The translations under genes and the position numbers were made by a program. From an uncultured Gemmatimonadaceae bacterium (GTDB taxonomy: Bacteria > Gemmatimonadota > Gemmatimonadetes > Gemmatimonadales > Gemmatimonadaceae), in NCBI GenBank assembly GCA_963829055.1, contig CAWHHI010000012.1, forward strand, positions 480,001 through 544,000: DNA of 64,000 nucleotides. The letters are read 5' to 3'. Of the stretch, positions 33,701 to 42,889 are shown in pieces (the first letter of the stretch is position 1; every line of letters starts with the position of its first letter). Below the pieces are notes generated by a model. It saw nothing but the letters and a program-made list of their open reading frames with translations, was not told where the DNA came from and ran no database searches.

Positions 33701-34096
33701 CGCCGTCGAGGCGACAACGGTCACGCCGGAGAGTGTGGTCGCGGTCTGTCCGAGTTTGAAGTCGAGGCGCAGGGCCTGACTGAGGGCGATGTACTGGTTG
33801 TCGCGGAGGTCCTGCTGGAAACCAATGCGCCGCGCAACGACCTCGTACGGCCCACCGACCTCGAGACCCTGGATGAAGTAGCGACCGTCCTCGCGACTCA
33901 ACGCGCCCGTCACGAATCCGGTCGCCTTGTTCCGCACTCGGATCTGCACGGCGTCCAGAGGGCGCCCGCCACTGTCGGTGACGAACCCGGTCACGGCTCC
34001 GGTCGTGATTCCCTGCGCACCGGCACGAGACATCAACGCGCCGGCCGGCAGCATCGCAGCTGCGGCGAGCACCGAGATCAAACGATGAATACGCAT
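30794..34096 (-). CDS. TonB-dependent receptor (Oar-like) with N-terminal carboxypeptidase-regulatory-like domain
   Basis: Signal ...AGA|QGITTG, plug NNVQIDG..FDVRQGNF..NAVTKSGTN, barrel, C-terminal MRYSF. Start at ATG 34096. Confidence 0.92.
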   Translation of the reverse strand: MRIHRLISVLAAAAMLPAGALMSRAGAQGITTGAVTGFVTDSGGRPLDAVQIRVRNKATGFVTGALSREDGRYFIQGLEVGGPYEVVARRIGFQQDLRDNQYIALSQALRLDFKLGQTATTLSGVTVVASTAADFSPTNTGTKAIVSDTAIQRLPTLTRNLTDFIRLTPQVSASGPGYSGGGMSNRMNNVQIDGASERDVFGLGSTGAPGAEVNAKNVSIEAVKEFQVLLAPFDVRQGNFGGLLLNAVTKSGTNTLQGSAYWFYRNEKFGADTNILRATPFERTQYGFSLGGPIIKDRLHFFIAPEFQKEQSPVTGPYAGQPAGSPQAFPVNDADRQRFETIMAGLGATSLGTAGYTNIDNPLSNAFARLDYRVNDVNRLVFRFNYAKGERLRQQNNRSPTTAVYSSNFHDFTNTKLAPVLQLFSNFKNGASNELFLGYNKWYNRRDPQSTFPQVTINSGGVVGPNGNATIISGADQFSQGNQLDTETMELTENYTFAPKGNHTITVGSRNEYVWLRNLFTQSSLGVWSFRNLDSLAAGNPNTFRKAIVLSDDGNVYFSALQNAVYAQDQWQVSPRFAVTAGMRFDFSTFLKDVAYNAPIDSAYGRRTDDIPGTSLQFSPRLGFNWDITGNQANQLRGGAGLFVGTPPYVWLENAYVNSGNIITFLNCNTATTPAPAFQVDPTNINTCRNGSGAKPIGDVNFLAKDLKFPQPLRVSLAYDRRLPWNLVGTLEGLYSRTLNQLFTVSENVTAPQGTGQGGRTLYITTVAAANGNRTLILPPAVAANGGTARFTTAIDLRNQSKDFAYNLTAQLRKRYSDNWEGMLAYTYSRARDVQSFTSSTAISNWQFGRTLSGPQADAFTGISLFDQPHKILASGTYTLNWLKKLATDFSVFYQGASGPPHDYIYGGSGGAGDLNGDGVQGNDLIYIPRNVGDQNEIRFRDITRTTGGVTTVLSSAAQQASLFDAFINSSECLKDHRGEILQRNSCRQPFVSQVDLAIRQNLPLIADQRLSIQLDIFNFGNLLNKQWGRAFVTPTTTNSNVPLVTHVGYVGTGGVVTGNVNANSAIPVVQFTPPAGGEYAPGATVSNFWRTQVSMRYSF

Positions 34097-34381
34097 GTGT
34101 GATGGAGAAGAGTTTGATTCCGATCCCGCGGAGCAACCGCCAGTTGCTGACGTCGGGAGATGACGCGTACTGAGGGAGGGCCACGCCTGACCCATCGCTT
34201 CGGGGATAGGCGGATTCGTCTGCGGCGTTTCGGCCTGTAGTAGCGGCGCGGCGGGCCCGTCGTAGGGCACGTCCGCCCTTTGTAACGAACGCGGGCAAGC
34301 TAGGTGTCCACAACCCGCGTGGTCAAGGTAAAAATGTGATCGAGCGCACTCGTGACCGGGCCGAGACGCTGCACGGGATGA

Positions 34382-37300
34382 TCAGAAGCCGTAGCGCACT
34401 CCAAGCTGCATTTGGTACGCCGAGCCGACGTGCCGGCGGTCATACTTCTCCGTCGCCGGATCGAAGGTGAAGATCCCCTGCGATCCGTTCGAGCCGACCA
34501 ACGCGCCGTTCGTCTGACCAACGTGGCTCAACAGCGGAACCGAGCCGCCACCCGCGGGCGGGAGCGGCTGCTGACCCCAGTCCGGATTCAGCAGGTTGAG
34601 GAAGTTGAAGACGTCGAGCTGCACGGCGAACGATTGGCCGAGTATCGCCGGCAACGATTGGCGGAACGACAAATTCACGGTGTTCGTCCACGGCGACCGG
34701 CAGCTGTTTCGTGTCATGATCCGGCCACGCTGCCGCGTGAGGCAATCCGTGCTCGTGATGAACCGCTCGAGCGCCGAGCGCTGCTCGGCAATCCGTTGTT
34801 CCTGCGCTGCCGGGGAGTTGTCCGCGCCCGCAACTGGAGAGACCCCGCTGAACCGGATCTCGGCGTCCCTGGCGACATCGGCCGGGATGTAGATCAGATC
34901 GTTGCCCTGTGCGCCGTCGGCGTTCAGGTCGCCGAGACCGCCGCTGCCGGCGTATACGAAGTCGTAGTTCGACCCCGACCGTCCGAGATAGATCACCGAC
35001 ACGTCGGTGCGCGTGGTGAACGAGAACGTGCCGAACGCCACCACGCGATGCGGCAGCTCGAAGCGCGAGCGATCGAGATTCTGCGAATACTGGTCGCCGG
35101 CGAGCGCGCGACCGAACCGCCAGTTCGACGTCGCGGTGCTCGACGTTAGGCTCTGGATGTCGCGCGCCTGCTCGTACGTGTACGACGCGTGCGCCTCGAA
35201 CCAGTTCGTGAAGCGTCGGTTGAGCGAGGCCGTGACACTGTACGAGTAGTCCTTGCTCGCGTTCTGCACGTCGATGACGTTCCGCCGTTCGGCGACGAGG
35301 ACCGGCTCGGAGACGCCGGTCGTCGCGATCGTGCCGTACACCACGCGCCCGTTCCGGTCGAGGCCCTGCTGCCCCGCCAACGCGAGGTTCGTGTAGAAGA
35401 ACGTCGACATCGAGCGCGTATACATCCCCTCGACCGACGCCACCCACGCGTCGCCGATGCGACGGTCGTAGGCGAGCGACGCACGCGCATACTGAGGAAA
35501 TCGCAGGTCGCTGCTGAGGAGCGCGATGTCTCCGCTCGTGGCCGCCGTCGTGCCGTTCGCGCACGTGGAGGGCGGCGCGGCCGCATTCTCGGTGGTGAAC
35601 CGAGGGACCGAGCCGGCCGAGACACACGTCAGCTGCGCGAGGCCCGTCCCCGCGTTCTGGAACGCGTTGCCTAACCACACGAAGGCGGGCCGTCCAACGA
35701 AGACGCCCACCCCGCCGCGGATCTGCTCGCGACGGTCGCCGAGACGGTCCCAGTTGAAGCCGATGCGCGGCGAGAACTGCAGGTTGCCTGACGGGACCTC
35801 TTCCGTGTTCCGGCCATAATCCGCGAGCACCGACGGATTCGCCGCCGGCTTGTCGAACAGATACGGCACGTCGACGCGGAGGCCCGCTGTGACGACGAAC
35901 CGGTCCGTCGCCTGCCAGCGATCCTGCGCGTACAGTCCGAACTGCGCCGCGTCGAACCGCGCGTCGAGCGGCCCGCCGAGACTGACGCCCGCCTGATAGC
36001 GGCTGGCGTCGCCACGCGCGAGCGAGTCGAGGCTCCCGAACTCCCACACGCCGTACGAGTTCTGCGCGAAGAGATTGCGGATCCGGTAGAACTCGTTCTT
36101 CGTGCCGGCGGTGATGCGGTGCCTGCCTAACGGGAACGTCAGGTTGTCCGTGAGCTCCACGACGTCCTGATCCACTTCCGTTCCCTGCGAGGAATTCTCT
36201 GCGCCGGCGCGTAGCCGCGCAGTCCCGCCCGTCAGGGTGGGCGCATCGACCTGCACCTGCGGCGCGAGCACCGCGGCGTCGCGGCGATCGCGAATGCGAC
36301 TGTAGCCGACGATCAGCTCGTTGCCCGCCCCACCCTCGAAGCTCGTGAAGAGTTGCGCGACGGCGCTCCCCTTGACCGAGTTGAATTCGTGCGCGTTGGA
36401 CGTGAATCGAATGAGCGTCGGATCGCGCGCCAGCACCTCGTCCTCCGCCCGGCCGTAGTTGTAGCGCAGCACGAGCCGGTTGTTCACGCTCGGCGAAATG
36501 TCCACGCGCGCGAAGATGTTCTGCAGCGGATTCGCGTTGCGCACCGGCCCCGCGGAACCGGCATTGATACCATACCCGCTGAGCAGGCTGCTGAAGCGGT
36601 CGATGTCGCTGGTCGTGACCGGAAACGGCTCCCCGGTCTGGCCGAGATACGGGCCGGTCGCGGGCTCATAGCGCTCCTGGAACTCCGGCGCGATGAAGAA
36701 GTGCACGCGGTCGCGAATGATCGGGCCACCGAGCGAGAATCCGAATTGCGACTGCCGGTATTCCTGGTCGCGCACGTAGTCGACGTTTCGCGCGAGCCCT
36801 TCGCTACGCGTCGAGAGGAACGCGGTCCCGTGCAGGTCGTTCGTGCCGCCGCGCGTCACAGCGTTCAGGAGAAGTCCCGCGAAATTCCCCTGCCGTACAT
36901 CGAACGGTGCGAGGAGAACCTGATACTCGCGGACAGCCTCGAGGCCGATCGACTTGCCACGCGCCTGGCCGCCCGGCTGTCCCGTCTCGCCAAGCCCGAA
37001 CAGATCGTTCTCGCTCGCACCGTCGATCTGAATGTTGTTGAGGCGATTGTTGACGCCGGCGCCGGAAATGCCCGGCCCCGCGTCAGACACTTCGGGCGTG
37101 AGGACGGCGAAATCCGTGAACGTCCGGTTGAGTGACGGGAGCCGACGCAGAACCGAGTCGGAAACGATGGTCGCGGCCCCGGTGCGGTCCGACGACATGA
37201 TCGGGTCAGTCTCGGTCGTGACGGTGACCGTGCTGAGGATGAACGTCTGACGCTGGAGGATGAAGTCCAGCGTTAGGTTCTGGCTCAGGGTGAGCATCTG

Positions 37301-37594
37301 GCCGTCGCGCATCTGCGGCGCGAAGCCCGGATGACGCGCCGTCACGGAATACGGACCGCCGACCTCGAGTCCCTGCACGAGGTAGCGTCCATCCCGGGCG
37401 GTGGTCGCGCGCGATGCGGCGCCGGTGGCCGTATTGACGACCGCGATCGACGCTCCCGCGACCGGAGCACCAGCGTCATCGACTACCCGCCCGCTCACCG
37501 CACCCGTTGTCACTCCCTGTGCTCGAGCCGCCATGAGCGGGGTGAGCGCGACGCAGAGCGCGGCAACAGCTACGACGAAGGCACGGGGCTTCAC
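34382..37594 (-). CDS. TonB-dependent receptor (Oar-like), paralog of the neighbouring gene
   Basis: Same architecture. NNIQIDG, FDVRQGNF, GDLNADGAQGNDLIYIP, C-terminal VRYGF. Confidence 0.92.
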   Translation of the reverse strand: MKPRAFVVAVAALCVALTPLMAARAQGVTTGAVSGRVVDDAGAPVAGASIAVVNTATGAASRATTARDGRYLVQGLEVGGPYSVTARHPGFAPQMRDGQMLTLSQNLTLDFILQRQTFILSTVTVTTETDPIMSSDRTGAATIVSDSVLRRLPSLNRTFTDFAVLTPEVSDAGPGISGAGVNNRLNNIQIDGASENDLFGLGETGQPGGQARGKSIGLEAVREYQVLLAPFDVRQGNFAGLLLNAVTRGGTNDLHGTAFLSTRSEGLARNVDYVRDQEYRQSQFGFSLGGPIIRDRVHFFIAPEFQERYEPATGPYLGQTGEPFPVTTSDIDRFSSLLSGYGINAGSAGPVRNANPLQNIFARVDISPSVNNRLVLRYNYGRAEDEVLARDPTLIRFTSNAHEFNSVKGSAVAQLFTSFEGGAGNELIVGYSRIRDRRDAAVLAPQVQVDAPTLTGGTARLRAGAENSSQGTEVDQDVVELTDNLTFPLGRHRITAGTKNEFYRIRNLFAQNSYGVWEFGSLDSLARGDASRYQAGVSLGGPLDARFDAAQFGLYAQDRWQATDRFVVTAGLRVDVPYLFDKPAANPSVLADYGRNTEEVPSGNLQFSPRIGFNWDRLGDRREQIRGGVGVFVGRPAFVWLGNAFQNAGTGLAQLTCVSAGSVPRFTTENAAAPPSTCANGTTAATSGDIALLSSDLRFPQYARASLAYDRRIGDAWVASVEGMYTRSMSTFFYTNLALAGQQGLDRNGRVVYGTIATTGVSEPVLVAERRNVIDVQNASKDYSYSVTASLNRRFTNWFEAHASYTYEQARDIQSLTSSTATSNWRFGRALAGDQYSQNLDRSRFELPHRVVAFGTFSFTTRTDVSVIYLGRSGSNYDFVYAGSGGLGDLNADGAQGNDLIYIPADVARDAEIRFSGVSPVAGADNSPAAQEQRIAEQRSALERFITSTDCLTRQRGRIMTRNSCRSPWTNTVNLSFRQSLPAILGQSFAVQLDVFNFLNLLNPDWGQQPLPPAGGGSVPLLSHVGQTNGALVGSNGSQGIFTFDPATEKYDRRHVGSAYQMQLGVRYGF

Positions 37595-38994
37595 GCCGTT
37601 TCGCCCGCCGCGCTCCGAGAGCCGTCTGGAGGTGCGAGCCTTCTGCCGACGGTCGCGTAATAGACCGGAATGCCCACCGCGATCACGGCGAACACCGCGA
37701 TCGTCGGCCAGCGCGTGCCGGGGTCGATGACCGCGTTCACCAGCAGGTACAGCGTCGCGAGAATGAACAGGATCGGAACCAGTGGATACCCGGGCGTCCG
37801 GAATGCCGGTGAGTATCCCGGGCGTCGGCGGAGCACGAAGATCGCCGCGACGCCTAACACGTAGAACGGCAGGATCGCCGTCACGAACGCGTCGGCGAGG
37901 TCCTCGAACTTTCGCAGCAGCACGAACGTCACGCCGAGCACCGCCGCGAGCGCGATCGCGTTGACCGGCGTCCTGAATCGCGGATGCACCGCCGCCATCG
38001 GCTTGAAGAACAATCCATCCTCGGCCATCGCGAAGAACACGCGCGGGTTCGCCAGCATCGTGGAGTTGAGCGAGCCGAACGTGGAGAGCATCACGGTGAT
38101 CGCGACGAACGCAACGCCGATCGGACCCATCACGCGCTGACCCACATCCGCCGCGACGAGCTTCGACGTCCGGATCTGCTCGATCGGGAGGACCGAGAGA
38201 TACGCGAGATTCGCCAACAGGTAGATGAACAACACCGCCAGCGAGCCGAGAATGATGGCGCGCGGCAGATTGCGCTCACCGTCCTTGACCTCGCCACCGG
38301 CGAACGTGAGATCCGCCCACCCGTCGAATGCCCAGAGCACCGAGACGAGCGCGAGCCCGAATGGCGCAAGCGAGAAGCTTCCCGGAGGGAAGAACGGTGT
38401 GAAGTGGCCGCCCGTCTTCGGCAGCTCGATCGAGAACGCGAGCAGAATCACGAACAGCAGGCCACCGTACTTCGCGAGGGTGGTTGCCGCCGTCACCATC
38501 GCGCTCCAGCGAATCCCCACGATGTTGAATATCGACGTCAGTACGATCGCGGCCGCCGCGGTGTAGCGCGCATACGAGTCGTACGGCGCAACGAGCGGGT
38601 CGTAACCGAGGACTCTGAGGAAATACTCGGCGAACGTGATGGCGATGGCACCAATGGCGGCAGCGCGAATGATCACGAGCTCTGCCCAGCCGAACAGGAA
38701 CGCGGGGAGCCTTCCCCAGCCTTCGCGCAGAAAGACGTAGATGCCGCCGGTTTTCGGCAGGGCGCTCGCGACTTCAGCGAGCGAGAGCGCACCGCACATC
38801 GCGAGCATTCCGCCGACGACCCACACCGCGAGCATGGCACCGGGCCCCGGCAACCTGTTCGCGATGCCTGCCGGTGACCGGAAGATTCCTGAGCCGATGG
38901 TGATACCGACGACGATCGAGACGGCGCTCCACAGTCCGAGCCGTCTCGGCAGTCCGTCGGATGGTCCTTCGCTTGCCGCTGGAGAGGGTGACAT
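37591..38994 (-). CDS. APC-family amino acid permease
   Basis: LPRRLGL, IGSGIF, GGIYVFL, WAFDGW, MAEDGLF. About 12 TMs. Confidence 0.92.
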   Translation of the reverse strand: MSPSPAASEGPSDGLPRRLGLWSAVSIVVGITIGSGIFRSPAGIANRLPGPGAMLAVWVVGGMLAMCGALSLAEVASALPKTGGIYVFLREGWGRLPAFLFGWAELVIIRAAAIGAIAITFAEYFLRVLGYDPLVAPYDSYARYTAAAAIVLTSIFNIVGIRWSAMVTAATTLAKYGGLLFVILLAFSIELPKTGGHFTPFFPPGSFSLAPFGLALVSVLWAFDGWADLTFAGGEVKDGERNLPRAIILGSLAVLFIYLLANLAYLSVLPIEQIRTSKLVAADVGQRVMGPIGVAFVAITVMLSTFGSLNSTMLANPRVFFAMAEDGLFFKPMAAVHPRFRTPVNAIALAAVLGVTFVLLRKFEDLADAFVTAILPFYVLGVAAIFVLRRRPGYSPAFRTPGYPLVPILFILATLYLLVNAVIDPGTRWPTIAVFAVIAVGIPVYYATVGRRLAPPDGSRSAAGETA

Positions 38995-39196
38995 GCGCCT
39001 ATGGTACAGCAGGAAACCTTGCGGCGCGAGCCATGCGCTGCGTTGGTCCAGGCAGCGGCTGTCAGATCGGAGTCAATGTCGCGATACGTTGGTGGAAAGG
39101 TTGAATCGAGCGCCGCCGGCGTACACCTTTCTGCGTGCTACTCACCTCTATCTCACGCGGTCGGATGCTCGGCCAGCGGTGCACCGGTTCGCCTGA

Positions 39197-39478
39197 ATGA
39201 CCATTCGTTCCGCATTGTTCTGGGTTGCCAGCGCGTGCTGCGTTGTCGCCGAGCTCGCCATCCTTCGCTCGTTGTTGTTCGGGCGAGCCCGCGCGGCCGA
39301 GGTCAAAGACACCATGGGCGCGTCGCGAACCGCGCATGCCAGCCGTCCAGCGGACATCGCGTGGGCGATCCTGCCTGCGGTCGGCCTCGCGCTCGTTCTC
39401 TATCTGACCTGGCGCGCAGTCGATGCGCCGGAACCCACCGCCGACGTCAGCCGCAGCGGCGTGACGATCGGAGCCTGA
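39197..39478 (+). CDS. Small two-TM membrane protein resembling the CoxII TM region
   Basis: Two hydrophobic segments, the second DIAWAILPAVGLALVLYLTW. First gene before ctaA/ctaB. Confidence 0.6.
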   Translation: MTIRSALFWVASACCVVAELAILRSLLFGRARAAEVKDTMGASRTAHASRPADIAWAILPAVGLALVLYLTWRAVDAPEPTADVSRSGVTIGA

Positions 39479-39485
39479 TAACATC

Positions 39486-40454
39486 ATGACCGCCTTGCGG
39501 CGTCTTTCGGTTCTTTCGTTGCTCCTCGGCATCGGACAGGTCGTGTTCGGCGCGATCGTGCGCATCACCGGATCCGGCATGGGCTGTGGCGACCACTGGC
39601 CCAAGTGCCAGGGACATTGGTTCCCGCCGCTCGCCCGAACCGATCTCGTCATCGAGGTCACGCATCGCTACATCGCGGCGACGCTCTCGGTCGCGATCAT
39701 CGCCCTGCTCGTCACCGCCTTGCTGCGACGCGCCACGCCCGGGGTGAGTGGCCGAGGTGGCGTGTTGCGAGCCGCGGGGTTGGCGACGTCGCTGGTAGTG
39801 GCGGCGGCGCTGTTCGGCGCCGTGACCGTGAAGCTCGAGCTCGGGAACAAGTTCGTCATCGTCACGCATCTCGCCATCGCGATGACGTTACTCGCCGTGC
39901 TCGTTTCCGCCGTGATGCGCGCCGGCGGGCTCGGCGCGTCCAGCGCGAGCGTGGGCTCCGCATCGCAGAAGACGTGGCGTGGCGCACGAGCGGCGCTCGG
40001 CCTCGCGTTCGCCGTTCTCGTCCTCGGCGCGTTTACCGCGCACGTGCCGGGCGCGAACTCATCGTGCATTGGCTTCCCACTCTGTCGCGGCTCGTTGCTG
40101 CCTGACGGGACCCAGCACATTCAGTTCACGCATCGCATTCTCGCGTTCCTGCTGTTCTTCCACCTGCTCGGCCTCGCGATCGCGGTTCGTCGTCGCGGCG
40201 AAGCACGGTTGATCATTCGCGCCGCTGCGGTCGCGTTCGGTGCCGTGCTCGCGCAACTGATCGTCGCCGCGATGCTCGTGGAAATGCAGTTGCCGCCGCT
40301 ACTCCGCTCGTTGCACCAGGCGGCCGGCACACTCGTGTGGGTTGCCGTCGTGGTGCTCGCGCTGCTGAGCCGTCGCGGCGCACTCGGCGTCGGTGTCCCG
40401 GCTACGAAGACATCGCCGCGACCGACGCTGCGTGCGGCAGAGGTCGCGACGTGA
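39486..40454 (+). CDS. ctaA: Heme A synthase (COX15/CtaA)
   Basis: GAIVRITGSGMGCGDHWPKC, EVTHR, CIGFPLC, THR, LHQ. Confidence 0.9.
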   Translation: MTALRRLSVLSLLLGIGQVVFGAIVRITGSGMGCGDHWPKCQGHWFPPLARTDLVIEVTHRYIAATLSVAIIALLVTALLRRATPGVSGRGGVLRAAGLATSLVVAAALFGAVTVKLELGNKFVIVTHLAIAMTLLAVLVSAVMRAGGLGASSASVGSASQKTWRGARAALGLAFAVLVLGAFTAHVPGANSSCIGFPLCRGSLLPDGTQHIQFTHRILAFLLFFHLLGLAIAVRRRGEARLIIRAAAVAFGAVLAQLIVAAMLVEMQLPPLLRSLHQAAGTLVWVAVVVLALLSRRGALGVGVPATKTSPRPTLRAAEVAT

Positions 40455-41338
40455 CACACACGACGATCGAACGCGCTCGTGAGGCGAGCCTCGTCCGCGA
40501 CCTGATCTCGCTGACCAAGCCGCGCATCATCTCGCTCCTGCTCGTCACGACGATCGCCCCGATGTTCGTCGCGGGCACGCCTTCCATCGGGCTGGTGCTG
40601 CTCGTCGCGATCGGCGGCTACCTCATGGCGGGCGGCGCGAACGCGGTGAACATGTACCTCGACCGCGACATCGACGACCGCATGGCGCGTACACGCCTGC
40701 GTCCCATTCCGAGCGGGCGCATGGCACCGCCCGCCGTGCTCGCGTTCGGCGTCGCGCTCTCGTGCGCGGCGACGTACATGCTCGCGCATTTCGTGAACGT
40801 GCTCACGGCCGCGCTCGCACTCGCCGGCTTCTACTTCTACGTGTTCATCTACACGCGCTGGCTCAAGCGCTCCACGCCGCACAACATCGTGATCGGCGGC
40901 GCAGCCGGCGCATTTCCGCCGCTCGTTGGCTGGGCGGCCATGACGAATCGCGTGGATCTCGCGGCGATCTATCTGTTCCTGATCGTGTTCTACTGGACGC
41001 CGCCACATTTCTGGGCGCTGGCGCTGCTCAAGCAGCGCGACTACGGCAACGCTGGTGTGCCGATGGCGCCACTCGTGTGGGGCGAGCAGGAGACGAAGGA
41101 TCAGATGTTGTGGTACACGCTGATCCTCATTCCGCTCACGCTGCTGCCGGTAGCGTTCGGGGCGTTCGGCTGGTTCTACTTCGCGTCCGCGCTCGCGCTG
41201 GGCGTCACACTGCTCGTCGGCGTCCTCCGCGTTCGCTCGGCGCCGCAGTGGAATAAGATCGCGTGGAAGGTCTACAAGTTCTCGCTGCTGTATCTCGCGC
41301 TGCTGTTCGTTGCGATGGTGATCGACCAGCACGTCTGA
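40451..41338 (+). CDS. ctaB: Protoheme IX farnesyltransferase (heme O synthase)
   Basis: LTKPRI, NMYLDRDIDDRMARTRLRPIPSG, YTRWLKR, WTPPHFWAL. Confidence 0.95.
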   Translation: MTHTTIERAREASLVRDLISLTKPRIISLLLVTTIAPMFVAGTPSIGLVLLVAIGGYLMAGGANAVNMYLDRDIDDRMARTRLRPIPSGRMAPPAVLAFGVALSCAATYMLAHFVNVLTAALALAGFYFYVFIYTRWLKRSTPHNIVIGGAAGAFPPLVGWAAMTNRVDLAAIYLFLIVFYWTPPHFWALALLKQRDYGNAGVPMAPLVWGEQETKDQMLWYTLILIPLTLLPVAFGAFGWFYFASALALGVTLLVGVLRVRSAPQWNKIAWKVYKFSLLYLALLFVAMVIDQHV

Positions 41339-41365
41339 CGCAGTTGTCTTCGCGAGCCCTGCGTA

Positions 41366-42268
41366 CTAGGGCTCCGCGCGTGCGCGCAGGGTGAGCGTGG
41401 CGGCCTTACCCGCCTCGATCGTCAAGCTCTCTTCCATCGCGCCGAGTCGTGGGTGCCACGCATGGACCTTGTAGCGACCGGGTGGCACCGAGTCGATCAC
41501 GAACGAGCCGTCGGTTCCCGTGAGCGCGAAGTACGGATGATCGAACACCGCGATCCACGCGTGCGTCCAGGGATGCGCGGCGCAGGTCAGCTCGAGCACT
41601 CCGGCCTTCGTGAGCACGTGTTCGTTGGGAACCACCTGTCCCTCGTCCGTCTCACGAATGGTCGCCAGCAGCTCGCCGGTCGCACGCCGCGTTATGCGCG
41701 TGCGATGCTCGACGGCATCGAGGTTCTGCACGTTGAGCGTCCCTCCGGCGATCGCGGCCTGCAACTCGGGCGCGATGAGGCAGTGCTCGTTCGCGATCTC
41801 GAACCGACGCTCGAGAGGCAACGGCTTGCCGCTTCGGATGCCGTCGATCCAGACGACCACGCCAACCGCGCGGTTGCCGCGACGTTCGAGACTCCGATGT
41901 GTGATGGACACGCCGCAGACGGCCTGATCAGAGGTCGGCTGTACGACTGAATCGGCGGGCGGCGCGCCTTCGATCTCGACGGTGCCCGTCGCGCGCCCGA
42001 TGGAGTCGAGCGTGCGCGCCGTGTACGGCGCGGACTGACGCGCGAAGCCGGGCGTCGCGGCGAGCGCTTCACTCGTCGCGGCTGTGCCTGCGCGTTGCTT
42101 CTCACCGTTGTCGCGACCGCAACCGGCGAGTGACAGCACCAACACGCCCACCGCGACGATACGCGGCCCTGGAATTCGGATTTCGCGTTGTGGGACTCGC
42201 CGCGCGAGTCGCCGTTCGTTCGCAGCTATCAACGTTCGATTCGAATCATGGAGAAGGAGATCGACCAT
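41366..42268 (-). CDS. Lipoprotein with cupredoxin-like and carboxypeptidase-regulatory-like domains
   Basis: Lipobox LAGC, CAAHPWTHAWIAVFDHPYFA, VPPGRYKVHAWHP. Start uncertain. Confidence 0.7.
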   Translation of the reverse strand: MVDLLLHDSNRTLIAANERRLARRVPQREIRIPGPRIVAVGVLVLSLAGCGRDNGEKQRAGTAATSEALAATPGFARQSAPYTARTLDSIGRATGTVEIEGAPPADSVVQPTSDQAVCGVSITHRSLERRGNRAVGVVVWIDGIRSGKPLPLERRFEIANEHCLIAPELQAAIAGGTLNVQNLDAVEHRTRITRRATGELLATIRETDEGQVVPNEHVLTKAGVLELTCAAHPWTHAWIAVFDHPYFALTGTDGSFVIDSVPPGRYKVHAWHPRLGAMEESLTIEAGKAATLTLRARAEP

Positions 42269-42564
42269 CCCGCGTAGGACGCGAGAACGCCGTGTCACGG
42301 CACACTCGCTGACGTGCCGCTCGGGCAAACGCCACGCCACGCGGGCGGGTTGCTGACTCGCGCGCGGGATCGTCCTGACGTCGAAGGGCGAGCGGATTTT
42401 CGAGGTGCAACCTAACCGCTCGTGGCCCTTTCGACTGTCTTCCACTTCCGCGGTTCTTCGACGTCGCATGCTCGCGCCACTCGCGCTCCTCCTCGCTCTC
42501 GCGTCGCCGCCGCATCGCGCCGTTGCCGAATACGCCTTTGCATTGAGGCATCATCGCGCCGGGC

Positions 42565-42870
42565 CGGTGGGAACTACGATTTCGCGGATGACACGGAAAA
42601 CGGCCGGATAAGGCTTTGCACTTACGCTGGCTCTCGCCGGACTCTTAGCAAATGGGAACGGCCGCTCGGGAGGCTCCTGCGTCCCGAGCGGCCGTTCCCA
42701 AAAATTCACGGCTCGTTGCGAGCGGAGCCGACCCCCACGGCGCGGTATCCGGCTTCTTCCGCGTCATCCGCAAAATCGCAGTTCCCACCGACCGCGGCGC
42801 GATGGAGCGTGGATGCAAAGTCGGAATCCGGCTGTTTTGCAGTTCATCCGCCCAATCGCAGTTCCCACCG
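42565..42870. repeat. Nested inverted-repeat element (about 45-bp arms, inner 19-bp hairpin, third partial arm)
   Basis: 42565-42610 pairs with 42746-42790. Inner perfect stem at 42653-42700. Arm copy at 42826-42870. Confidence 0.8.
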
Positions 42871-42889
42871 AGCCCCGCCGCGAAGAACT

